DNA from: Clostridiaceae bacterium Marseille-Q4145
Lineage (GTDB): Bacteria; Bacillota; Clostridia; Lachnospirales; Lachnospiraceae
Reading direction: 5' to 3'
Assembly: GCA_018223365.1 (NCBI GenBank)
Contig: JAGTTP010000001.1
Coordinates: 1,341,654 to 1,373,653, forward strand
DNA: 32,000 nucleotides
This document shows, one piece after another, positions 18,053-26,676 of this stretch. The position numbers were made by a program, and so were the translations under genes. The notes under the pieces are model-generated. The model was not told where the DNA came from. It searched no databases and saw nothing but the letters and a program-made list of their open reading frames with translations. How positions within the stretch are numbered: position 1 is the stretch's first letter; every line of letters begins with the position of its first letter.

Positions 18053-18868
18053 ATGAAGCAGAAACTTTTAATTTGTGGGGCGGCAGCATTTGCCGCTCTT
18101 TTTCTGTTCTCCGGTATTATGCTGGGACGGCAGCTTGCCGACCAGAAGCAGAGCACCGAGGCATTTGACAACATTGCGGATATGGTCATCAAGGAAGCCG
18201 AGCCGGATACAGCGCAGCCGTCGGAAAACAGCGGTGAAACAGCGCAGCCGCTCACACTGACTGCCTATGAAAAATATGCGTCTGTTTATGAGCAGAACCA
18301 TGATTTTGTCGGCTGGATTTCCATTGAGGGAACAAATGTAGATTACCCCGTTATGCAGACACCGAGTAATCCGAATTTCTATTTGAAGCACGCCTTTGAT
18401 CAATCGTACAGCAATTACGGTGTACCTTATGTTCAGGAAAATTGCGATTTGGAGCAGTCCGACAACGTGGTGATTTACGGGCATCACATGAATAACGGTT
18501 CCATGTTTGCAGATTTGTGTAAATACGAAAGTGAACATTTTTACCAGGAACATAAGACGATTCATTTTGACACGCTGACCGGGTTTGGAGAGTATGAGGT
18601 TGTTGCTGTTTTTAAGACAACAGCCTACTCTCAGGACGGCTTTCGATATTATCATTTTGTCGATGCTGCAGATGAAGCTGATTTTTCGGAGTTCATGGCA
18701 GAGTGTCAGTCCCTTGCACTTTATGATACAGGCGTGACTGCGGAATATGGAGATAAACTTCTGACGCTATCGACTTGTGAATACAGCCGCACAAATGGCA
18801 GAATGGTCATTGTCGCAAAGCTGTCAGCTCCGTCCGCTGAGGAGGTGGACGCCGATGCCGGATATTAA
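18053..18868 (+). CDS. srtB: Class B sortase
   Basis: N-terminal TM anchor, VDYPVMQTPSNPNFYLKH, catalytic His region VIYGHHM, and catalytic Cys motif LLTLSTCEY. Confidence 0.85.
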   Translation: MKQKLLICGAAAFAALFLFSGIMLGRQLADQKQSTEAFDNIADMVIKEAEPDTAQPSENSGETAQPLTLTAYEKYASVYEQNHDFVGWISIEGTNVDYPVMQTPSNPNFYLKHAFDQSYSNYGVPYVQENCDLEQSDNVVIYGHHMNNGSMFADLCKYESEHFYQEHKTIHFDTLTGFGEYEVVAVFKTTAYSQDGFRYYHFVDAADEADFSEFMAECQSLALYDTGVTAEYGDKLLTLSTCEYSRTNGRMVIVAKLSAPSAEEVDADAGY

Positions 18869-20612
18869 AACAAGAGAAAAAGTCAAAGGTACGGTCAAAA
18901 CACTGGATAAAGCCGCAGTTGCCGGAGAACGTATGAAAGCAGCCTATGTTCGTACCAAAGAAAAGGCTGAGCAAGGGATTCAGGCCAAGGAAGATTCTCC
19001 AGAGGAATATGCGGCTGATCGTATCTCAGCAGGTTCGGAAACTGTGGTGCATGAAGCTGTCCGCCAATTTGATAAGCAAGGTCGCAAGGGTGTCCGGGAA
19101 ACAAAAGAGAACATTTCTAAGGCAAAGCAGTATTTTGAACAGCGCAGAGCAGACCAGCCGAAAAAGCAGGCGCAAAAAAGAGCAGCAGAGAATGTACGCC
19201 GTTCTGCAGATGTGAAAAAACAGTCTGTAAAAAGTACAGAGTATGGGTCGTGGCCCATCAAAACCGTAGAGCGTGGTGAAAAGCAAATCCGGCGAGCTGC
19301 CAGCTCTGCAGGCAAGGGCACCATTAAAACTACACAGAAATCTGTAAAGACTGCAGAGCATACCGCGCGAACAACGATCAAGACCAGTCAGAATGCGGTG
19401 AAAACGGCTCAGAAATCCGCCCAGACAGCGGCAAAGGCTTCGCAGCGTGCGGCCCAGGCAGCTCGTTCCACTGCAAAAGCAACCGCCGATGGCATAAAAG
19501 CGGCGGCGAAAGCTACGGCATCTGCTGTAAAGGCAATTATTGCGGCAACAAAGACGTTGATTGCCGCAATCGCTGCGGGTGGATGGATCGCTATGGTGGT
19601 TATCGTCATTATTTGCTTGATTGGACTGATCGTCGGCTCGTGCTTTGGTATTTTCTTTTCTGGAGAGGACACCGGCACCGGACAGACTATGCAGACTGTG
19701 GTGCGGGAGATCAATGCAGACTATGAAGCGCAGATTGAATCCATCAAAGGAAGCTGTTCTTATGATGTGTTGGAAATGTCCGGTTCCCGTGCTGTCTGGC
19801 CGGAAGTCCTATCCGTTTATGCGGTCAAAACTACCACTGATCCAGATGAGCCGCAGGAGGTTGCTTCGATGGATGATGCCAAGAAAGTAATTCTCAAAGA
19901 TATTTTCTGGCAGATGAATGAGATTTCTTCCCGGACGGAGAGCAGCATAGAAACGGTCATTGATGAAACGGACGATGGGAACGGAAATATCGTTGAAACC
20001 TCGACCACTGTTACCAGAACTACATTATATATTACAGTCAGCCATAAGACCGCAGAGGAAATGGCTGCACAATATGCGTTCAGCACAGAGCAGCGACAGC
20101 AATTATCGGAATTGCTTGCCAGTGAAAATAACTCTCTCTGGTCAGCGGTGCTGTACGGTATTTCTGTGGGTGATGGCGAGATCGTATCGGTGGCATTGTC
20201 GCAGGTTGGCAATGTAGGCGGTCAGCCTTATTGGTCCTGGTACGGATTCAATTCTCGCGTGGAGTGGTGCGCCTGCTTTGTTTCCTGGTGTGCCAATGAA
20301 TGCGGCTATATCGACAGCGGCGTTATTCCGAAATTTGCGGGGTGTGTCAACGGTGTGCAATGGTTCAAGGACCGTGGCCAATGGCAGGACCGTAACTATG
20401 AACCTTCTGCCGGTCAGATCATTTTCTTTGATTGGGATAATAAAGGCTCATCCGGTCCGCAGGATGGTCAGTCCGATCATGTCGGTGTCGTGGAGAAATG
20501 CGAAAATAGCATTGTCTACACTATCGAGGGCAATTCCGGTGATAGCTGCCGCCAGCGCCAATATCCTGTTGGACATTATGAGATTCTTGGATACGGTGTT
20601 CCGGCGTACTAA
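18855..20612 (+). CDS. Conjugation-associated cell-wall hydrolase with C-terminal CHAP domain
   Basis: ATG 18855 follows gaggaggtgga. It has an Ala/Lys-rich N-terminus, a TM segment WIAMVVIVIICLIGLIVGSCFGIFF, CHAP Cys VEWCACFVSWCANECGY and His SDHVGVV. Confidence 0.8.
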   Translation: MPDIKTREKVKGTVKTLDKAAVAGERMKAAYVRTKEKAEQGIQAKEDSPEEYAADRISAGSETVVHEAVRQFDKQGRKGVRETKENISKAKQYFEQRRADQPKKQAQKRAAENVRRSADVKKQSVKSTEYGSWPIKTVERGEKQIRRAASSAGKGTIKTTQKSVKTAEHTARTTIKTSQNAVKTAQKSAQTAAKASQRAAQAARSTAKATADGIKAAAKATASAVKAIIAATKTLIAAIAAGGWIAMVVIVIICLIGLIVGSCFGIFFSGEDTGTGQTMQTVVREINADYEAQIESIKGSCSYDVLEMSGSRAVWPEVLSVYAVKTTTDPDEPQEVASMDDAKKVILKDIFWQMNEISSRTESSIETVIDETDDGNGNIVETSTTVTRTTLYITVSHKTAEEMAAQYAFSTEQRQQLSELLASENNSLWSAVLYGISVGDGEIVSVALSQVGNVGGQPYWSWYGFNSRVEWCACFVSWCANECGYIDSGVIPKFAGCVNGVQWFKDRGQWQDRNYEPSAGQIIFFDWDNKGSSGPQDGQSDHVGVVEKCENSIVYTIEGNSGDSCRQRQYPVGHYEILGYGVPAY

Positions 20613-20616
20613 AAGT

Positions 20617-20638
20617 CAGCCGCCAAATACGGCGGCTG
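20617..20638 (+). terminator. Hairpin after the CHAP gene (no T-run)
   Basis: CAGCCGCC aaatac GGCGGCTG, 5 nt after the stop. Confidence 0.35.
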
Positions 20639-20676
20639 GTACATATTATAAGGGACTTGCTGCCAAGTCCGCTTTC

Positions 20677-20717
20677 AGGAAAATAGGCGGTGGCGGAATA
20701 ATCCGTCACCGCCTATT
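20677..20717 (-). terminator. Rho-independent terminator of the minus-strand surface-protein gene
   Basis: A 16-bp stem AATAGGCGGTGGCGGA / TCCGTCACCGCCTATT (one G-U) with loop ataa. On the minus strand it is followed by TTTTC. Confidence 0.7.
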
Positions 20718-20751
20718 GTGTTTAGGCTATTTCGATTTTGGAAGCGTTGAC

Positions 20752-23700
20752 TTATTCAGCCTCGGATTCCTTTCTCTTTTTGACTCTTACGCCCAGCACG
20801 GTCAGAACACCGCCGCTGACGAACAGAGCAGCCAGCCAACCGATGAGGTTGCTGCTGTCACCGGTCCGAGGAGACTTGGTGGAGTCGTCCTTTCCGGGCT
20901 TAGCGGTGTTATTATCACCGCTGCCTGTATTGCCGGTGCTGCCGCTGTCGGAGAGCTTGGCGATGACCGTATTCTCGCTGCGCTTAGCGCCGCAAACGGT
21001 GCATTCCTCGTGCTTGATGCCGGTGGCCTTCTTGGTAGCGGCCTTGTCGATCACCCACTGGAAGCTGTGTGCTGCCGTGTCGGCCTTGTCGCGACACTCA
21101 CACTCATGCCAGTGATTGGTGTCGTCATACTTCCAATCCGTGCCGTAGCTGTGGGTATGAGTGCTGCCTGTTGCAGGGATCGTTGCGGTTTCAAGCACCT
21201 TCTTGCAGACGGTGCATTCCTTATGCTTAGCGCCTTCTGCGGTTTCGGTAGCTGCCGTGTCAACGATCCACTCGCTGGCGTTGTGAGCCGCTACATCGGC
21301 CTTGTCGCCGCACTCGCACTCATGCCAGTGATTGGTGTCGTCATACTTCCAATCTGTGCCATAGCTGTGGGTATGTGTTGCGGGGATCGTTGCGGTTTCA
21401 AGCACCTTCTTGCAGACGGTGCATTCCTTATGCTTAGCGCCTTCTGCGGTTTCGGTAGCTGCCGTGTCAACGATCCACTCGCTGGCGCTGTGAGCCGCTA
21501 CATCGGCCTTGTCGCCGCACTCGCACTCATGCCAGTGATTGGTGTCGTCATACTTCCAATCTGTGCCGTAGCTGTGGGTATGTGTTGCGGGGATCGTTGC
21601 GGTTTCAAGCACCTTCTTGCAAATGGTGCATTCCTTATGCTTAGCGCCTTCTGCGGTTTCGGTAGCTGCCGTGTCAACGATCCACTCGCTGGCGCTGTGA
21701 GCCGCTACATCGGCCTTGTCGCCGCACTCGCACTCATGCCAGTGATCGGTGTCATTATACTTCCAATCCTCGCCATAGCTGTGGGTATGATCGCTGCCTG
21801 TTGCGGGGATCGTTGCGGTTTCAAGCACCTTCTTGCAGACGGTGCATTCCTTATGCTTAGCGCCTTCTGCGGTTTCGGTAGCTGCCGTGTCAACGATCCA
21901 CTCGCTGGCGCTGTGAGCCGCTACATCGGCTTTGTCGCCGCACTCGCACTCATGCCAGTGATTGGTGTCGTCATACTTCCAATCTGTGCCATAGCTGTGG
22001 GTATGTGTTGCGGGGATCGTTGCGGTTTCAAGCACCTTCTTGCAGACGGTGCATTCCTTATGCTTAGCGCCTTCTGCGGTTTCGGTAGCTGCCGTGTCAA
22101 TGATCCACTCGCTGGCGCTGTGAGCCTCAATATCGGCCTTGTCGCCGCACTCGCACTCATGCCAGTGATTGGTGTCGTCATACTTCCAATCTGTGCCGTA
22201 GCTGTGGGTATGAGTGCTGCCTGTTGCGGTGAACATTACCTTGAACTGGACAGAGCCGTCGGGATCTTTCGACAGCAGGTCCACGACCTTGCCGTTTACA
22301 TTCAGCTTCATATCGTCGGCGAAGGTCACGCCCTCCTTCGGCTCCAGATAAACGATGGCCGTATATTCCTGGCCGGCCACAAACGCCGTGTTGCCGCTCA
22401 GCATGCCGGACCACCACATCATGGCCTTTTTGACCTTATCCTTATTGTCGCCGAGCACGGGGATGTCCACGGTGCCCTTGGGCTTCTCTCCGGCCACCGG
22501 TGCTGCGATCTGCACCGCCGCCTCCGTCACATAGTTGGGGTCTTCGGCGGCCTTTGCGGGGAAGTTCACATAGACCAGCAGGTTCTTTCCATCGCTGTCA
22601 CTCTTGACCTGCCAAACCTGGCCGTCGTTGATGGTCACGTCAGCCGTGGAGATACCCTCTGCAATGGTGTAGCCCGGGTTGATCGGGAACTGATAGACCA
22701 CGGAATAGTCCTTATCCTTGTCATAGGCGGTGGGTGTCGAGCCGCTGCCGTCCGTATTCAGGCCCTCACGGAGAAAACGGGCCGGATTTCCCATGCCGCC
22801 GGTGGGGGTATAGCTCTGGCAGTCGAAGTCTTCCAGCTTCGTGCGCTCCGCCTTGGGCTTCACCTGGATGGTCACGGTCTTGACCACCTGCCCCGCCGTG
22901 GAGGCTGCCGGGAAGTTCACATAGACCAGCAGGTTCTTTCCATCGCTGTCACTGCTGACCTTCCAGACCTGACCGTCGTTGATGGTCACGTCAGCCGTGG
23001 AGATACCCTCTGCAATGGTGTAGCCCGGGTTGATCGGGAACTGATAGACCACGGAATAGTCCTTATCCTTGTCATAGGCGGTGGGTGTCGAGCCGCTGCC
23101 GTCCGTATTCAGGCCCTCACGGAGAAAACGGGCCGGATTTCCCATGCCGCCGGTGGGGGTATAGCTCTGGCAGTCGAAGTCTTCCAGCTTCGTGCGCTCC
23201 GCCTTGGGCTTCACCTGGATGGTCACGGTCTTGACCACCTGCCCCGCCGTGGAGGCTGCCGGGAAGTTCACATAGACCAGCAGGTTCTTTCCATCGCTGT
23301 CACTGCTGACCTTCCAGACCTGACCGTCGTTGATGGTCACGTCAGCCGTGGAGATACCCTCTGCAATGGTGTAGCCCGGGTTGATCGGGAACTGATAGAC
23401 CACGGAATAGTCCTTATCCTTGTCATAGGCGGTGGGTGTCGAGCCGCTGCCGTCCGTATTCAGGCCCTCACGGAGAAAACGGGCCGGATTTCCCATGCCG
23501 CCGGTGGGGGTATAGCTCTGGCAGTTGAAGTCTTCCAGCTTCGTGCGCTCCGCCTTGGGCTTCACCTGGATGGTCACGGTCTTGACCTCCTGTCCCGCTG
23601 CGGAGGCTGCCGGGATGTTCACAAAAACACGAATCGCGTTTGACAGGCCGCCATAGTCATCTGCTATCCAGAAGTCGCCGCCGGTGACCGTCACATTGTC

Positions 23701-24888
23701 CTTTAGATTGTCCCTTAGATTGTCTGAAAAACTAAAACCTGCTTTTGCAAGAAAGAGATACATTACCGTATAACTCTGATTCGGGTCATACGGTGTGTTT
23801 TTGTCTTCGATCTTATCCGATGTATTCTCCCAGCCCTTATAAACGATGAAATTAGATAGAGTCATTTTGTTAGATGGACTGTAACTACACGCCAAATCCG
23901 AGATCGTCTCGCGCGTGATAAGAGGTTCTACAGTCAAGCTAACCGTATTGATCTCTTTACTGATATCATCAGTAATATTGACACTGTCTGTCAGCGAGCG
24001 CACGTCTGCGCTCAGCGGGGTATCATCTGACAGCTTATAGATTTTCTGGTTGGTGCCAAGATAATCCGAAATATGTTTTGTGTTGCCCTGGTGCAGATAA
24101 ATGCTATGTCCATCCGTTACGCCATCGGTAGTATGAATGATGCTATTCTCAATCGTCAAAGTGGCATCTTCGTCAATGAAGATTGTTCCGCTGCTATTTT
24201 TCGTTATGTTAGTTCCCGGAAGAACGGAACTTTTTACGATAGCATTTTTTATGTTTGTTGTGCCTTTGATAGCATAAACTGCACCTCCATAGGAAACGCC
24301 GCCGGTTTTTCCTTCCAGTGTAGCGTTATCAATATTCACAGTGCCGCCAGCGTTGTATACTGCTATGCCATAAGTAGCTAAATTGTAGGCGCCGGTCAGT
24401 GTAACGCCACCGGATATGTTTACTGTTGCATCATTTTCGACATCGACAACAGCATTAGTCGCACCTCCGTTTGAAGTTGCCTCGAAGGTCAGCGAACCTT
24501 TTCCTTTAATATCCAGACGTTCACCAGATCCATTGATATATAATAAGCTTCTTACGACGCTGCCACTCGCAGCGCCTGTAACCGTAACAGTACCATCTAC
24601 AATGAGCGTCTTTTGCCTTAGGATTTTAATAGCTGAATCGTAAGCATCCAGTTTCAAAACTTTTGTAATGTTGGTTCCGCTAGGAACTTTGATGTACTGC
24701 ATCCCCAATCCCACGGTCTCCTTTTCCAGTTCGGCCTTTAGCTCATCAAAGGTCGTGACGATATAGGGGTCGCTCGCTGTACCGCTGCCTGTCGTTGCAC
24801 CGCTGCCATCTGCTGCAAAGGCCATTGTGGGGAACAGACCCACCACCATGACGAGGCAGAGCAGGATGCTCAGTATCTGTTTTCTCAT
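20752..24888 (-). CDS. Giant secreted, sortase-anchored surface protein (putative adhesin): beta-helix-like N-terminal region, 3 x 117-aa repeats, 6 x 69/72-aa Cys/His repeats, SPRTG sorting signal
   Basis: RBS aaggag. Signal peptide MRKQILSILLCLVMVVGLFPTMAFA. GGAVYA/NATL-type repeats suggest a parallel beta-helix. The C-terminus has SPRTG (20860-20874), then hydrophobic LIGWLAALFVSGGVLTVLGV, then RVKKRK. Confidence 0.85.
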   Translation of the reverse strand: MRKQILSILLCLVMVVGLFPTMAFAADGSGATTGSGTASDPYIVTTFDELKAELEKETVGLGMQYIKVPSGTNITKVLKLDAYDSAIKILRQKTLIVDGTVTVTGAASGSVVRSLLYINGSGERLDIKGKGSLTFEATSNGGATNAVVDVENDATVNISGGVTLTGAYNLATYGIAVYNAGGTVNIDNATLEGKTGGVSYGGAVYAIKGTTNIKNAIVKSSVLPGTNITKNSSGTIFIDEDATLTIENSIIHTTDGVTDGHSIYLHQGNTKHISDYLGTNQKIYKLSDDTPLSADVRSLTDSVNITDDISKEINTVSLTVEPLITRETISDLACSYSPSNKMTLSNFIVYKGWENTSDKIEDKNTPYDPNQSYTVMYLFLAKAGFSFSDNLRDNLKDNVTVTGGDFWIADDYGGLSNAIRVFVNIPAASAAGQEVKTVTIQVKPKAERTKLEDFNCQSYTPTGGMGNPARFLREGLNTDGSGSTPTAYDKDKDYSVVYQFPINPGYTIAEGISTADVTINDGQVWKVSSDSDGKNLLVYVNFPAASTAGQVVKTVTIQVKPKAERTKLEDFDCQSYTPTGGMGNPARFLREGLNTDGSGSTPTAYDKDKDYSVVYQFPINPGYTIAEGISTADVTINDGQVWKVSSDSDGKNLLVYVNFPAASTAGQVVKTVTIQVKPKAERTKLEDFDCQSYTPTGGMGNPARFLREGLNTDGSGSTPTAYDKDKDYSVVYQFPINPGYTIAEGISTADVTINDGQVWQVKSDSDGKNLLVYVNFPAKAAEDPNYVTEAAVQIAAPVAGEKPKGTVDIPVLGDNKDKVKKAMMWWSGMLSGNTAFVAGQEYTAIVYLEPKEGVTFADDMKLNVNGKVVDLLSKDPDGSVQFKVMFTATGSTHTHSYGTDWKYDDTNHWHECECGDKADIEAHSASEWIIDTAATETAEGAKHKECTVCKKVLETATIPATHTHSYGTDWKYDDTNHWHECECGDKADVAAHSASEWIVDTAATETAEGAKHKECTVCKKVLETATIPATGSDHTHSYGEDWKYNDTDHWHECECGDKADVAAHSASEWIVDTAATETAEGAKHKECTICKKVLETATIPATHTHSYGTDWKYDDTNHWHECECGDKADVAAHSASEWIVDTAATETAEGAKHKECTVCKKVLETATIPATHTHSYGTDWKYDDTNHWHECECGDKADVAAHNASEWIVDTAATETAEGAKHKECTVCKKVLETATIPATGSTHTHSYGTDWKYDDTNHWHECECRDKADTAAHSFQWVIDKAATKKATGIKHEECTVCGAKRSENTVIAKLSDSGSTGNTGSGDNNTAKPGKDDSTKSPRTGDSSNLIGWLAALFVSGGVLTVLGVRVKKRKESEAE
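20959..22215 (-). repeat. Six in-frame tandem repeats (207 or 216 bp) encoding a Cys/His-rich module
   Basis: The landmark cactcgcactcatgccagtgat recurs at 21095, 21311, 21518, 21725, 21941 and 22148. The unit is THTHSYGTDWKYDDTNHWHECECGDKADVAAHSASEWIVDTAATETAEGAKHKECTVCKKVLETATIPA. The C-proximal copy is the most diverged. Confidence 0.9.
22561..23613 (-). repeat. Three in-frame 351-bp (117-aa) tandem repeats, nearly identical at the DNA level
   Basis: gaagttcacatagaccagcagg recurs at 22561, 22912 and 23263. Copies 2 and 3 appear identical by eye from the unit start until one substitution near the 3' end (cagtcgaag vs cagttgaag), after which copy 3 diverges. Confidence 0.9.
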
Positions 24889-24929
24889 CGTTTTTCTTTC
24901 TCCTTTTGATTATAAATTCGTTGTCTGAT

Positions 24930-25316
24930 TTAAACGCTGTCGATTACCGAAGCAAAGTAGTTTTCGGACACCGAGCCGAAGAGAAAAGCGTCTATCAGAC
25001 CCTCGCGCTTTGCCCGCAGTACCTTTTCGGTCAACTCACCGTCTGTGTCGTCATCCACAAAGAGAATGACACGGCAGTTTTCAGTGTTCCTTTTTACCTT
25101 GTCACGGATTGCCATTCGTTCATTGAACATCCATGGCGAATACGCCTTGACCTCCATTAAAAGCACATCCGGTCGATGCGTTTTGCACCACTCGGCGGTT
25201 GCGTCCGGCGACTCGGAGATCACAACCTGGCAATCATCCAATTTTTGCATCAGCATTCGCTCCATGGTGTGCGCATGGATATCGCTCTGAATGTCCAGAA
25301 CGATTTTTTTCATCAT
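24930..25316 (-). CDS. Stand-alone receiver-like (pseudo-receiver) protein
   Basis: Alternating beta-alpha pattern of CheY-like length (128 aa). By eye-alignment the phospho-acceptor position reads DVLLMEV (Glu, not Asp), the second acidic-pocket Asp is Ile (VLDIQS), and no conserved Thr/Lys is seen at the usual sites. It lies 41 nt upstream of the surface-protein gene on the same strand. Confidence 0.5.
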   Translation of the reverse strand: MMKKIVLDIQSDIHAHTMERMLMQKLDDCQVVISESPDATAEWCKTHRPDVLLMEVKAYSPWMFNERMAIRDKVKRNTENCRVILFVDDDTDGELTEKVLRAKREGLIDAFLFGSVSENYFASVIDSV

Positions 25317-25534
25317 TCATCACCACCTTCTAAAAGCACAACCCTAATATTACATTATCTATTGTACGGATTTTTTGGTGCTTGTCACTGGCACTTGTGC
25401 CAGTAACAGAAGGAAAATTTCGATTTTTTCAAAATTTTTTTGCCTTTTGAGCGTGAAAAACCCCTTGACCATACTGAACTGCTCCAGTTTGTGCGGACAG
25501 CACAAAAAGCCCCCCTATGTAGGCGATATGAAGT

Positions 25535-26392
25535 TTAAGCGGAGTGGCGCAGCGTTAGCGGCGCCACTCCAGTCTTTGTCTGGATGCGCTCGTGGTTGTA
25601 GAAATGAATATAACGATCAATCATTTCATTGGCTTCATTGAAGGACACCGGTTTGTGTCTGTAAATACACTCGGTTTTAAGAATGGAGAAAAAATTTTCT
25701 GCCATCGCATTGTCATAGCAGTTCCCGCGTCTTGACATGGACGGAGTTATACCGTATTTTTGAGTTAGCTTGAAATATGCTTGGGATGTATATTGAAAGC
25801 CCTGGTCGCTGTGGAGGTGCAACTCCGCAGCGACCCTCTTTTTCTCTTTGCGCATAGCAAGGCGGATCGTGTCCAACACAAGGTTAACCGTTTGTTCTGT
25901 GCCAGTCTTATAAGCGACAATGCTGTTATCGTATAGATCCCGGATCATTGACAGATACAGAACGCCTTGCTTTGTGTGTATATACGAAATGTCTGTGACC
26001 CATTTTCTGTTAGGCTTGTCAGTATGAAACTGCCTGTTGAGCAGGTTCTCATAGCGATGCAGCTGCTGTCCCATGTTGACCCACTTTCTTCGACGGCGGA
26101 TTTCAGACAACAGATCGTATTTTTTCATCACACGCAGAATGGTTTTGGGGTTGTAATGTGTGCCTTTGGATTCCAACGCAAGACACATCCTGCGATATCC
26201 GTACGTGTTGAAGCTTTTTTTCTGCTGCTGACGGATTGCTGCCGCCAGTTCCGCATCCTTTTCCGGTTTTCCAATCCTGTGGACAAAATCATAGTACCCG
26301 CTTCGTGATACGCCAAAAAATCGACACATCGTGGATACTGAATATTCCGACCGATGACGATGGATAACAGCGTACTTTGCCCGTGGCCTCAC
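25535..26392 (-). CDS. IS3-family transposase OrfB (DDE/rve catalytic domain)
   Basis: DDE context KWVTDISY, LHSDQGFQY, CYDNAMAENFF. It is in the -1 frame relative to orfA and overlaps it as GTGA. Confidence 0.9.
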   Translation of the reverse strand: MRPRAKYAVIHRHRSEYSVSTMCRFFGVSRSGYYDFVHRIGKPEKDAELAAAIRQQQKKSFNTYGYRRMCLALESKGTHYNPKTILRVMKKYDLLSEIRRRRKWVNMGQQLHRYENLLNRQFHTDKPNRKWVTDISYIHTKQGVLYLSMIRDLYDNSIVAYKTGTEQTVNLVLDTIRLAMRKEKKRVAAELHLHSDQGFQYTSQAYFKLTQKYGITPSMSRRGNCYDNAMAENFFSILKTECIYRHKPVSFNEANEMIDRYIHFYNHERIQTKTGVAPLTLRHSA

Positions 26393-26676
26393 TTCCTTTC
26401 TATGGATTGCAGAAAATCCCGCAACAGTTCATTCTCCATTTTCAGTCGCTTGTTTTCGTACTTGTACTCGGCTAATGTTTTTGCAGGCTTACGGCCTCGC
26501 TGCTTAGGAATACCTTCTGCATTCCGCCTACGTTCTCTTTTCAGCAGTTCCTTTACTACGTACTTGTCCTTAAATCCGTAGTATTCGGCGATCTCCCGCT
26601 GCGTTTTCCCTGCTTCTATCATTGCTTTAATCTCTGGATACAGCAACTGTACATGGGTATAATCTCTTTTTGACAT
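26389..26676 (-). CDS. IS3-family transposase OrfA (HTH plus leucine-zipper-like)
   Basis: HTH GKTQREIAEYYGFKDKYVVKELL. The C-terminal region LAEYKYENKRLKMENELLRDFL is heptad-like. The orfB frame is open for about 36 nt upstream of the orfA stop, consistent with -1 frameshifting, but no canonical A AAA AAG was seen. Confidence 0.85.
   Translation of the reverse strand: MSKRDYTHVQLLYPEIKAMIEAGKTQREIAEYYGFKDKYVVKELLKRERRRNAEGIPKQRGRKPAKTLAEYKYENKRLKMENELLRDFLQSIERK

Noticed and set aside
20959-23613. Regularly spaced near-identical repeats that could be mistaken for a CRISPR array
   Set aside because: The periods are 207/216 and 351 bp with no unique spacers. The repeats are contiguous, in frame and encode protein modules. 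No cas genes are present.
20278-23643. 1121-aa plus-strand ORF, the second-longest ORF in the track
   Set aside because: It is antisense to the surface-protein gene and it starts inside the CHAP gene in another frame with no RBS. Its product is low-complexity (G/A/V/L/C-rich) and merely mirrors the repeats. The minus-strand frame has an RBS, a signal peptide, a sorting signal and a terminator. This ORF is a shadow of a GC-rich repetitive gene.
25389-25404. TGGCAC resembling a sigma-54 -24 element
   Set aside because: The downstream sequence does not give TTGC at the -12 spacing, and the motif is simply one arm of a palindrome.
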